From the NCBI GenBank assembly GCA_031370645.1, contig JANMQV010000152.1, positions 97,020-161,019 of the forward strand: a DNA stretch of 64,000 nucleotides, read 5' to 3'. How positions within the stretch are numbered: position 1 is the stretch's first letter; the number at the start of each line of letters is the position of its first letter. The notes below the pieces were generated by a model. The model saw only the letters and a program-made list of their open reading frames with translations. It was not told the DNA's origin and ran no database searches. The translations under genes and the position numbers were made by a program. Positions 1-8,034 of the stretch are shown here, piece after piece. The DNA is from Candidatus Eiseniibacteriota bacterium. Lineage in GTDB: Bacteria; Eisenbacteria; RBG-16-71-46; SZUA-252.

Positions 1-1
1 C

Positions 2-343
2 CTCGCGACCATCGCCGCACGCGCGCGCGGATTTCTCTATGTCGTCGCGCGGCTCGGCGTGACGGGGCAGGGCGGAGGAGACTCAGGCGCGATCGAATTG
101 CTCGATCGCTGCGGGCGCGCCACGCGGCTTCCGCGCGCGCTCGGTTTCGGCATGACGCCGGAAACCGACCTCGCGCCCTATCACGGGCACGCGGAGGGAA
201 TCGTCGCGGGATCATCGCTTCTTGATCCGCTGCTCTCGTCCTGGAAACGGGACGGCGCGGGCGGGGCCGCCGCGCGTGAGGAGATCCTGCGCGGAATGGC
301 TCGCCGCTTCCGCGCGAACGTGGGCGGATGGCGCTCCGCCTAG
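2..343 (+). CDS. trpA: tryptophan synthase alpha chain, C-terminal fragment (5' end outside window)
   Basis: Frame of ORF 59..343 stays open back to the window edge. LATIAARARGFLYVVARLGVTGQ matches the TrpA GF.Y..S..GVTG loop. Stop at 341-343. Confidence 0.8.
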   Translation, partial: LATIAARARGFLYVVARLGVTGQGGGDSGAIELLDRCGRATRLPRALGFGMTPETDLAPYHGHAEGIVAGSSLLDPLLSSWKRDGAGGAAAREEILRGMARRFRANVGGWRSA

Positions 344-1167
344 TCGGCCGGCGGCTCTTCGCGCTTGCGCTTCTCGTAAGACCGCTCAATCTCGTCGCCA
401 TCGGCTTCGCCGCGTGGGTCGGGGCGCGCCTCGCCTCGCGCGAGATCGGGGTCGCGACGCTTCTCGTTCCGGTGATGATCGGCGCCTTCGGCTACGCGCG
501 AAACGACGCCACCGACTTGAGCGCGGACCAACTCAATCGCCCCCTGCGGCCGGTCCCGTCGGGAGCGGTCTCCGCGCGCGCGGCTTCGATCGTCGCCTGG
601 AGCGCGCTCGCCATCGCGGGCGCGCTTCTGCTCGTGGAATCGCACCCTCCCGTCCTGTGGGGGATCGCGATCGCCGCCGCCCTCGCGCTCTACCTCTACA
701 GCCCGTGGCTCAAGGACCGCGGCGCCGCGGGACCGCTTGCGATCGCCGCTCTCACCGTCCTCGCGGTGCTCTGGGGCGCCCAGGGCGCGCCGCGTTTCGA
801 GCTCAGCCTCTTGACGGGACTCTTGGCCGGCGCCGCGCAATTCGCCCGCGAGTGCGTAAAGCAGTTGGAAGACGCGCCGGGGGACGAAACCGCCGGAAGA
901 ACGACGTGGGCGGTACGAAGCGGAAGCGTGGTGGTGACGCGCGCCGCGAGAATGGGTCTCATCGCGGCCCTTCTCCTCGTCCCTCTGCTGAAGACGGGGG
1001 GCGGCCTCGATGCAGGGAGGTCGACGATCGCGCTCCCCGCCGCGGCGCTTCTCCTTCTCTTCCCGCTCTTCGCCCTGGGCGCGAAGTCTCCTCGCTACCG
1101 AATGATCTCGAGGGGAATCAAGGTGGCGCTCTTCGGCGGACTCGTAGCGCTCGCGGTTTCGGCGTAG
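328..1167 (+). CDS. UbiA-superfamily membrane prenyltransferase (DGGGPS / chlorophyll-synthase-like branch by motif)
   Basis: 279 aa, multi-TM. Asp-rich motif 1 is NDATDLSADQLNRPLRPVPSG and motif 2 is KQLEDAPGDETAGRTT. N-terminal ...VRPLN... is typical of the family. The ATG overlaps the trpA stop by 16 nt. Confidence 0.8.
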   Translation: MALRLVGRRLFALALLVRPLNLVAIGFAAWVGARLASREIGVATLLVPVMIGAFGYARNDATDLSADQLNRPLRPVPSGAVSARAASIVAWSALAIAGALLLVESHPPVLWGIAIAAALALYLYSPWLKDRGAAGPLAIAALTVLAVLWGAQGAPRFELSLLTGLLAGAAQFARECVKQLEDAPGDETAGRTTWAVRSGSVVVTRAARMGLIAALLLVPLLKTGGGLDAGRSTIALPAAALLLLFPLFALGAKSPRYRMISRGIKVALFGGLVALAVSA

Positions 1168-1179
1168 GGGAGGGAAAAA

Positions 1180-2184
1180 CTAGAAACCGAAGATGGGCAG
1201 ATTCGAAATCTGCCAGAGACTCCGCACGCCGCCCCGTCCCTGGGACGAGACGATGAGCCCCTGTCCATCGGGCGTCCACGTCGGCGTGAAGACCGAGCCG
1301 TCCGAGTCGTCGAAGGAAACCAGGACGAGCCCGTTCGCCTCGCCGGTCGGCTTCACGACCCAGAGGCCCCAGCGATTCGTTCGATCCGAAGTGAACACGA
1401 TCCGCCCGCCGTCGGGGCTCCACCGGGGGCCGTAGTCGTGACCGGCGCCGGTCGTGATCTGCGTCGGGAGGGAGTCGCCCGCCGCCAAATTCAGCGTGTA
1501 GATGTGGCGGGTCAGGTCGGTCGCGTTCTCGACGCTGAAGGTGAGCTTCTGCCCGGTCGGGTCCCAGTCGGGTTCGCCGCAGCGGAGCGTATCGGGCGTG
1601 AGGTAGATCCGCTGGAAGGGGACGGCCGCCGTATCGGGGACGAGGACGACGCGGCCCCGGATGTCGGCGCTTCCCGGGGTCGCGCTGAGATTGTCGTACT
1701 CGATGTATGCGAAGCCCGGGGAGCCCGGACGCGGCGCGGGGGCGCTTTCATTGGACGGAAACGTGGTGAAACGGCGATCGACATCGGTGTCGAGGTCGCG
1801 ATACCAGATGTCGTAGGTACCGTTTCGATTCGACTGGTAGATCACCGTCTGGGAGCGAACCCAGCGGGGCCGGAAATCGACCCACGAAGCCGGACCCGGA
1901 TAGTTGAGCACGAGCGAGGAACTGCCGTCCGCCAAGATGACCGCGAGGCGCGGCCGCCCATCGATCCCGAGCGAATTGAAGATGATCGAGTCGCCGCGAA
2001 CGTCCGGGTAGAGGCACTCATCGAACGACGTGGGGGTGAGCCGCGCCCACTGAGCGCCCGTCAGCGGCGGCTCGGTCACGCCTTTTCCGTCGCACGAGAC
2101 GAGCGAGAACGCCAGCACGCCCGCGGCCGCGAACTTCAGCCACGCGTTTCGGAATCCCCCTCCTCCACTCGCACGAATCACCAT
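1180..2184 (-). CDS. PD40/TolB-like beta-propeller lipoprotein
   Basis: PD40 repeat signatures PRWSPDGGRIVFTSDR and PTWTPDGQGLIVSS. Lipobox LAFSLVS-C follows the Met at 2184. The ORF stays open to GTG 2205, so the start is uncertain. Confidence 0.7.
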   Translation of the reverse strand: MVIRASGGGGFRNAWLKFAAAGVLAFSLVSCDGKGVTEPPLTGAQWARLTPTSFDECLYPDVRGDSIIFNSLGIDGRPRLAVILADGSSSLVLNYPGPASWVDFRPRWVRSQTVIYQSNRNGTYDIWYRDLDTDVDRRFTTFPSNESAPAPRPGSPGFAYIEYDNLSATPGSADIRGRVVLVPDTAAVPFQRIYLTPDTLRCGEPDWDPTGQKLTFSVENATDLTRHIYTLNLAAGDSLPTQITTGAGHDYGPRWSPDGGRIVFTSDRTNRWGLWVVKPTGEANGLVLVSFDDSDGSVFTPTWTPDGQGLIVSSQGRGGVRSLWQISNLPIFGF

Positions 2185-2419
2185 GGGGCGGCACGTTACC
2201 ACCACGGCCCTTGCATCACAAGGCCGTGGCTCGATCGGGCCCTGCCTCGCGCTTCGTGATTCGCCCGTCGTTCCGCTCGGTTTCGCCGTTCAGATGGGCT
2301 CCCGCCCTGCCGATCTCTGATCGGGACGGGAGAAGGGCGCGCGTTGGCCGGTGAGACGCGCGTCGCCCTGCTCCGCCGAACCTGAACCCCAGCAGGATGC
2401 TGGAGAAATCGAGGGCACG

Positions 2420-2674
2420 ATGCTCCTCCTGACACGAAAGCTCGGCGAGAATATCCGGATCGGCGACGACGTGAAGATCACGATCGTCGAAGTGAAGGGA
2501 AATCACGTGAAACTCGGAATCGACGCACCGCCGAGCGTGAAGGTCCATCGCGAGGAGATCTACGAGCGCATCCAGGCGGAGAATCGCCGCCTACGCGACG
2601 CTCAGACCCCGAACGGCGGCGCCACTGGCGGCGCCCCTCCGACGCGTGACGGCGAAAACAACGGCCAGGCGTAA
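2420..2674 (+). CDS. csrA: carbon storage regulator CsrA
   Basis: [52 protein letters not shown] is near-canonical CsrA. ATG 2420 is preceded by GAGGG. The ORF-track start at 2351 is judged upstream read-through. A non-conserved ~25-aa C-terminal tail is present. Confidence 0.93.
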   Translation: MLLLTRKLGENIRIGDDVKITIVEVKGNHVKLGIDAPPSVKVHREEIYERIQAENRRLRDAQTPNGGATGGAPPTRDGENNGQA

Positions 2675-2735
2675 GCGGCCGGCCGCGCGGAAGCGCCGGC
2701 GAACCGGCCCGCGCCGCCGCGATCTCCGCGACGTC

Positions 2736-3038
2736 ATGGGCCGGTGGCTCGAGCGTGGCGATCAGGTGACCGCCCTCTTCGAGTGCGCGCTCCGGGGCTG
2801 CCTTCTCGGGGATCGCCAGGTGACGGAAGAATCGATCTACGAACTGATGCGTGCTCTTGACTCCCAGGGACGGGCCGCGGGGAATCGGGTGCTGGAGCAC
2901 TTCGATACCTGCCTCACGGATGTGGCGGAGGGCGAATTCGAGGACGTGTTCCAGGCGCTCTCGATGCTCCGTGACCACTGGGTCGAAGCGCTCGACGCGC
3001 TTCGGAGGGACTATCGCCGTGCCGACCGCCTCCACTAA
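2736..3038 (+). CDS. hypothetical small helical protein (weak FliS-type chaperone-like pattern)
   Basis: Frame has high GC3. About 100 aa, predicted all-helical. Loose resemblance to FliS helices (YELMRALDSQ...VLEHFDTCL...LSMLRDHWVEAL), not a confident call. An alternative GTG at 2646 would add a 30-aa Arg-rich N-terminus and overlap csrA. Confidence 0.45.
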   Translation: MGRWLERGDQVTALFECALRGCLLGDRQVTEESIYELMRALDSQGRAAGNRVLEHFDTCLTDVAEGEFEDVFQALSMLRDHWVEALDALRRDYRRADRLH

Positions 3039-3066
3039 AGACCGGCCCCACGTGAACGAGGCCGAC

Positions 3067-3216
3067 ATGAACGGGCGCATCGAACTCGCCCGCCGCCGGA
3101 TTTCCGAGGGCTTCTACAATCGCCCCGAGGTCCGCCGGACCGTTGCCACGCTCCTCCTCAGCGACCTGGCGCGCGCCAAGCGCCCGGCTGGAAGTTCCCG
3201 CCCCGAAACCGCTTGA
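3067..3216 (+). CDS. FlgM-like (anti-sigma-28 family C-terminal domain) mini-protein
   Basis: 49 aa. RIELARRRISEGFYNRPEVRRTVATLLLSDL resembles the conserved C-terminal helices of the FlgM family. GAGG lies 6 nt upstream of ATG 3067 (alternative GTG at 3052). Frame has high GC3. Confidence 0.4.
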   Translation: MNGRIELARRRISEGFYNRPEVRRTVATLLLSDLARAKRPAGSSRPETA

Positions 3217-3233
3217 CCCCCGTCTCCAACGAC

Positions 3234-3249
3234 TGGTAAATATGTAGCC
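3234..3249 (+). promoter_or_regulatory. candidate sigma54-type (-24/-12) promoter, or an AT-rich sigma70 -10 element
   Basis: TGGtaaatatgtaGCc: the GG and GC dinucleotides are spaced as in TGGCAC-N5-TTGC. This is the only AT-rich patch between the FlgM-like ORF and the kinase gene. TAAATAT could instead be a -10 box. Confidence 0.2.
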
Positions 3250-3350
3250 ACCTACCGCCACGCCCTATTGGGGGCGGGTGAATCGACCGTTCGCCGTCTG
3301 GCACCTGGGGGCTCAAGGATGACGCCACCGCCCGGCTGGGAAGCCGCCTG

Positions 3351-4550
3351 TTGAGAGCTCGCCCCGCCCTTACCACTCCGACCGCCGAAAGCGGACCTCC
3401 CCCTTCCACGACGCTGGAAGTGGCCTGGAGCTTCCTCAGACACGCTCAGATGGGCGTTCTGGCGGCCAACCGCCAGGGGAAGATCGTCGCCTCCAATCCC
3501 GCCGCCGCGAAGCTCCTGGGCTTCGAGCAGGCCGATCTGGAAGGCGAGGACGCGTCGCGGGTGTTTCGGGCTCCGCGAGGCGATGGTCATCTTCAGCCAG
3601 GGGCCACCGCCGCCGCCACCGAGCCGCAGGAAGTGGAGGTCGTGACGAGGGCGGGGGACGTCCTCCCGGTCGCGCTTCGCCTCCTGCCGCTCGAAGGGCT
3701 CGACGGCGCGCTCCACGGCACGGTGGCGGTCTTCCAGGACCTCCGAGAGCAGAAAGCGCGCGAGGAGCAGTGGCGCCGCCGCGACCGCCTCGCCTCTCTG
3801 GGAGAACTCTCCGCGGGAGTGGCCCACGAGATTCGAAATCCGCTCACCGGGATCGCCACGTCGGCCCAGATTCTCCGCCGCCGAGTGGAAAGCGGCGATC
3901 CACGGGGGCAGTTCGTCGACTTGATCCTCGAGGAGTCGGCGCGCCTGGAGCGGATCGTGGAAGGGCTCCTCCAATTCGCGCGTCCCGCCGCACCCCGCCT
4001 GGAGCGCCAGAACGTCGTTCCCGCGCTCGACAAGGCGCTCACGCTGGTTCACGAATTGGCGGTGCGGCAAGACGTGCTCCTCCACGTGGAGCGATCGGCC
4101 GAGGTGCCGCCCGTCTTCGTCGATGTCGATCAGGTCCTCCAAGTACTCCTGAACGTCCTCATGAACGCCCTTCAAGCCCTCGCGAAGGGGGGCGAGATTC
4201 GCGTCACGATCCGTCCCGCGCGGAAACGCGCCGCCGCCCGCAGCAGCATCGGCCGGCGCGCCACCGATCAGTTGGAGCCGGCCGCGGACTTGCCGCTCCT
4301 CGACGTCGTGGAAATCCGAGTACAAGACAACGGGCCGGGCATTCCGGCCGCTGACCTCGCGCGCGTCTTCGATCCCTTCTACACGACGCGCGCCCAGGGG
4401 ACCGGCCTGGGGCTCAGCATCTGTCAGAGCATCATTCGGGAGCATGGCGGTACCATCACGATCGAAAGCGTCGTGGGGCAGGGAACCGCCGTGATCATCG
4501 ATCTACCCGTGGAGAAGAGACATGGAGACAGACGTCGCGACCCTCGTTAG
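3351..4550 (+). CDS. cytoplasmic PAS-domain sensor histidine kinase (NtrB/AtoS-like)
   Basis: PAS-like N-terminus (GVLAANRQGKIVASNPAAAKLLG). H-box LGELSAGVAHEIRNPLTGI. ATPase boxes LMNALQA, VQDNGPGI and GTGLGLSI. No TM segment. Start uncertain (TTG 3351, GTG 3420 or ATG 3450); GC3 is low before about 3420. Confidence 0.88.
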   Translation: MRARPALTTPTAESGPPPSTTLEVAWSFLRHAQMGVLAANRQGKIVASNPAAAKLLGFEQADLEGEDASRVFRAPRGDGHLQPGATAAATEPQEVEVVTRAGDVLPVALRLLPLEGLDGALHGTVAVFQDLREQKAREEQWRRRDRLASLGELSAGVAHEIRNPLTGIATSAQILRRRVESGDPRGQFVDLILEESARLERIVEGLLQFARPAAPRLERQNVVPALDKALTLVHELAVRQDVLLHVERSAEVPPVFVDVDQVLQVLLNVLMNALQALAKGGEIRVTIRPARKRAAARSSIGRRATDQLEPAADLPLLDVVEIRVQDNGPGIPAADLARVFDPFYTTRAQGTGLGLSICQSIIREHGGTITIESVVGQGTAVIIDLPVEKRHGDRRRDPR

Positions 4551-5943
4551 GCAGACGTACAACCTTTTGGTCGTGGACGACGAACGCACCCTCCGCTTCA
4601 CGCTGAAGGAGAGCCTGTCGGAGGAGGGGTATCGCGTCGAGACCGCCGCGGACGTCGCCGAGGCAATGAGCCTCCTCGAGCGCGAGGAGTTCCACGTGGC
4701 GCTCGTCGATCAGAAACTCCCCGACGAGAGCGGCCTTCAGCTCCTGAAGCGGATCAAGACGAAGCGGCCCGAGACGCAAGTCATCATCATGACCGCATTC
4801 GGGAAATTCGCGAATGCCATCGAGGCGGCGCGCGCCGGCTGCTACGACTATGTCGCGAAGCCGTTCGAGCTCGATCACATCAAGATCGTCATCGGAAACG
4901 CGCTCAAGGAGATTCGCCTCAGCGAGGAAGTGGCTCGCTTGCGCGCCGTGGAACGCCGCCGCGCCGGCTCGACGCTCATCGTCGGCGGCTCGACACGCAT
5001 GGTCCGCCTCTTCGAGAAACTGAAGAAGGCGGCCTCCACCGGGACCTCCACCGTGCTCCTCCAGGGGGAAACCGGCGTCGGCAAGGAACTCCTGGCGCGC
5101 GAGTTGCACGATCTCGGCCCGACGAGCGACGGCCCGTTCGTGGAGCTCAATTGCAGCGCCGTCCCCGAGAATCTCCTCGAGAGCGAACTCTTCGGCTACG
5201 AGAAGGGCGCCTTCACGGACGCCAAGCGGACGAAGAAGGGGCTCATGGAACTCGCGAACGGCGGGACGCTCTTCTTGGACGAAATCGGCGAGATGTCGCT
5301 CGCGCTCCAGGCGAAGCTGCTCCGCGCGCTCGAGGCGAAGCGCTTCCGCCGCCTTGGCGGCACCACCGACGTGCACGTCGACACGCGCATCGTGGCGGCC
5401 ACGAACAAGGATCTCAAGTCGCTCGTGGCGCAGCAGAAATTCCGCGAGGACCTCTTCTACCGTCTCGACGTCATTCGCATCGACGTGCCGCCCCTTCGCG
5501 AGCGGCCCGAGGACGTTCCGGCGCTCGTCGATCACTTCGTCGCGAACTTCAACCGGGAACTCGGGAAGTCGGTGAAGGGGGCTACGGACGAAGCGATGGG
5601 GCTCATGATGGCGTACCCCTGGAGGGGGAACGTCCGCGAGCTAAAGAACGTCCTCGAGCGCACCATTCTCCTCGAATCGGATGAGTGGATCCTTCCCGAG
5701 CATCTCCCGTCGGAAATTGTCGGCGTCGGCGGTTCGGGAACGCAGGTGCTGGAGGCCCGCCTCCACACGGAGGGGGGCGTGACGACGCTCGCGCAGGCGG
5801 AGCGCGTCGCGATCGAGATGGCGCTTTCTCACGCCGGCGGCAACAAGACGCGCGCGGCCGAGGCGCTCGGCATCTCGCGCCAGACGCTTCGGACGAAGTT
5901 GAAGGAGTATCGGATCGAGGGCCCCGCCGGCCATGCCGGCTGA
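4522..5943 (+). CDS. sigma54-dependent response regulator (NtrC family)
   Basis: Receiver domain (LLVVDDE...). AAA+ sigma54-interaction domain (GETGVGKE, ESELFGYEKGAFTDA as a GAFTGA variant). C-terminal Fis-type HTH (AAEALGISRQTLRTKLKEY). Confidence 0.93.
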   Translation: METDVATLVRQTYNLLVVDDERTLRFTLKESLSEEGYRVETAADVAEAMSLLEREEFHVALVDQKLPDESGLQLLKRIKTKRPETQVIIMTAFGKFANAIEAARAGCYDYVAKPFELDHIKIVIGNALKEIRLSEEVARLRAVERRRAGSTLIVGGSTRMVRLFEKLKKAASTGTSTVLLQGETGVGKELLARELHDLGPTSDGPFVELNCSAVPENLLESELFGYEKGAFTDAKRTKKGLMELANGGTLFLDEIGEMSLALQAKLLRALEAKRFRRLGGTTDVHVDTRIVAATNKDLKSLVAQQKFREDLFYRLDVIRIDVPPLRERPEDVPALVDHFVANFNRELGKSVKGATDEAMGLMMAYPWRGNVRELKNVLERTILLESDEWILPEHLPSEIVGVGGSGTQVLEARLHTEGGVTTLAQAERVAIEMALSHAGGNKTRAAEALGISRQTLRTKLKEYRIEGPAGHAG

Positions 5944-7138
5944 GCCGGCGCCCTCCGCGGCGCCGGCGGACTTCTCGTTGGAGCGTGGCGGCGCCGTCTC
6001 GCCGCGCGCGGGGCTGCTTACGACCGGACACGGCGTCGTTCGCACGCCGGCCTTCATGCCGGTCGGAACGCAGGGGACGGTGAAGGGGCTCTCCCCGGCC
6101 GATCTCCGCGTCTCAGGGACGCAGATCCTCCTCTCGAACACCTATCACCTGATGCTCCGACCTGGTGCGGAGCTGATCCGCTCGCTTGGCGGGCTCCACC
6201 GCTTCATGGGATGGGACGCGCCGATCCTCACTGACAGCGGCGGTTACCAAATCCTGAGTCTCAAGGAGCGCGTGAAGATCACCGAGGAGGGCGTGGCGTT
6301 CCGCTCTCACCTGGACGGGCGCCCCGAACTCCTCACGCCGGAGCGAGCCATGGAAGTGCAGGCCGATCTCGGCGTCGACATCGCGGTGACGCTCGACCAC
6401 GCGATCTTGTTGCCGGCAACGCCGGAAGCGGTGCGCGACGCCGGGGAGCGGACGATCCGGTGGACCGAGCGCTCCCTCGCCCACGCGGCCACGCTCGACA
6501 CGCCGACCGGGCTTCCGCAGCTCCACTTCGCCATCGCGCAGGGAGGGGGCGACCCCGCGCTGCGCGCGGAGATGGCGGAGCGGACCGCGCGAATGCCCTG
6601 CGACGGCTTTTGCATCGGCGGGCTCTCGGTGGGGGAATCGAAAGAGGAGACGTGGACGCTCGCGCGCGCGGCCACGGGCGCGCTCCCGGTCGACCGGCCG
6701 CGCTACCTCATGGGGATGGGCACGCCGCGCGACTTGTTGGATGGAGTCGCCTCGGGTGTCGATCTATTCGACTGTGTGCTCCCGACGCGGAACGCGCGAA
6801 ACGGAATGGCCTTCACGCACGACGGCCCGATCAACATTCGAAACGCCGTCCACGCGCGCGATCCGCGGCCGCTCGACACGGAATGCGGCTGCGAGGCCTG
6901 CGTCGAGTTTTCACGCGCCTATTTGCGGCATCTCCACATCGCCGGGGAGATCCTGGCGCACCGTATGCTCACCTTGCACAACGTCACGTTTTACCAGACA
7001 CTCATGGCAGGCGCCCGCGCGGCGATCGAGCGGGGCGCCTACGATGAATTCCACCGCGCGGTGACCGAACGCTACCGCGAGCGCGCCGGGGCCGACGAGC
7101 CACCCGCGCGCGATACCCACGCAGGAGATTCCGAATGA
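5933..7138 (+). CDS. tgt: tRNA-guanine transglycosylase (queuine tRNA-ribosyltransferase)
   Basis: TPAFMPVGTQGTVKG, LSNTYHLMLRPG, TDSGGYQ, and Zn site CGCEAC...H. Overlaps the regulator stop by 11 nt. Confidence 0.94.
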   Translation: MPAEPAPSAAPADFSLERGGAVSPRAGLLTTGHGVVRTPAFMPVGTQGTVKGLSPADLRVSGTQILLSNTYHLMLRPGAELIRSLGGLHRFMGWDAPILTDSGGYQILSLKERVKITEEGVAFRSHLDGRPELLTPERAMEVQADLGVDIAVTLDHAILLPATPEAVRDAGERTIRWTERSLAHAATLDTPTGLPQLHFAIAQGGGDPALRAEMAERTARMPCDGFCIGGLSVGESKEETWTLARAATGALPVDRPRYLMGMGTPRDLLDGVASGVDLFDCVLPTRNARNGMAFTHDGPINIRNAVHARDPRPLDTECGCEACVEFSRAYLRHLHIAGEILAHRMLTLHNVTFYQTLMAGARAAIERGAYDEFHRAVTERYRERAGADEPPARDTHAGDSE

Positions 7139-7455
7139 TCGAAGCCGTCTACGCCCAGGCGGCCGCCCCGGCGGCGCCCTCGGCGCAGGAGCAGATGCTG
7201 CATATGGTCGTGATCCTCGCCATCACGGTGGGGATTTTCTACTTCATGATCATCCGGCCCCAGCAGAAGCGGCAGAAGGAGACCGAGTCCATGCTTGCCG
7301 CCATCAAGAAGGGGGACCGGGTGCTCACCACCGGAGGCATCTACGGCACCGTCGTCGGAACGAAGGACGACGTCGTGGTCCTGAAGGTGACCGAGGAGGT
7401 GAAGTTGGAATTTTCACGCGCGAGTATCGTGCAGGTGAAGGAGCGCGGTGAGTAG
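7135..7455 (+). CDS. yajC: preprotein translocase subunit YajC
   Basis: Single TM followed by IRPQQKRQKE...GDRVLTTGGIYGTVV. ATGA overlap with tgt. tgt-yajC order is conserved. Confidence 0.9.
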   Translation: MIEAVYAQAAAPAAPSAQEQMLHMVVILAITVGIFYFMIIRPQQKRQKETESMLAAIKKGDRVLTTGGIYGTVVGTKDDVVVLKVTEEVKLEFSRASIVQVKERGE

Positions 7456-8026
7456 AGAGCCGCTCCCGCTTCGCTTTCTCGGCGATCCCGTTCTTCGCCG
7501 GAAGGCCGAAGCGATCCCCGAGGTGACGCTCGAGATCCGCGATCTCATCGAGGCGCTGTTCGCCACGATGTACTTCGAGGAGGGTGTCGGCCTTGCGGCG
7601 CCTCAGGTCGGGCGATCGGTCCGCCTCTTTGTCATCGACGTGGAGCCGGAGGAGGAGGGGGGCGCCCGCGTGAAGCAGGCATTCGTGAACCCCGTCATCC
7701 GCGAGCGCTCCGGTGAAATGGTCGGCGAGGAGGGATGTCTTTCGATCCCCGGGCTCCGCGCCGACGTGAAACGCGCCGCGCGCGTCGTCATGGAGGCGCT
7801 CGACGCCGACGGGAAGCCGGTCCGCATCGAAGCGGAGGGGATCGTGGCCCGCGCGCTCCAGCACGAACTGGATCACCTCGACGGCATCGTCTTCCTCGAT
7901 CGCCTTGGCCCGATCACGCGCCGCCTCCTCGAAGCGAAGTGGAAGCGCGTGCGGCCCGACGTCGAATCCGACCGCGCCTCCCGCTCCACCGACGACGGCG
8001 CCTCGGGAGCCGCGCCGTCCCGCTGA
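7448..8026 (+). CDS. def: peptide deformylase
   Basis: The three Def motifs GLAAPQVG, EGCLSIPG and HELDHLDG. GTG start. Confidence 0.94.
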   Translation: MSREPLPLRFLGDPVLRRKAEAIPEVTLEIRDLIEALFATMYFEEGVGLAAPQVGRSVRLFVIDVEPEEEGGARVKQAFVNPVIRERSGEMVGEEGCLSIPGLRADVKRAARVVMEALDADGKPVRIEAEGIVARALQHELDHLDGIVFLDRLGPITRRLLEAKWKRVRPDVESDRASRSTDDGASGAAPSR

Positions 8027-8034
8027 GGGGCGCC

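Noticed and set aside
2202-2229. A hairpin (ccacggcc...ggccgtgg) considered as a terminator.
   Set aside because: It sits in the divergent region between the PD40 lipoprotein gene (minus) and csrA (plus), with no gene ending there and no U-tract. At most it is a 5'-UTR or operator structure, and the evidence is insufficient to call it.
3299-3313. TGGCACctgggGGCT resembling a sigma54 -24/-12 promoter upstream of the kinase/activator operon.
   Set aside because: The GC dinucleotide is one position off the strictly conserved GG-N10-GC spacing. The better-spaced but weaker TGGtaaatatgtaGC at 3234-3249 is reported instead, with low confidence.
3319-3354. An 11-codon mini-ORF (MTPPPGWEAAC) starting at the AAGGAUG motif.
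   Set aside because: There is no spacing between the SD-like AAGG and the ATG, and no coding signature. The motif is better explained as a CsrA-type GGA site.
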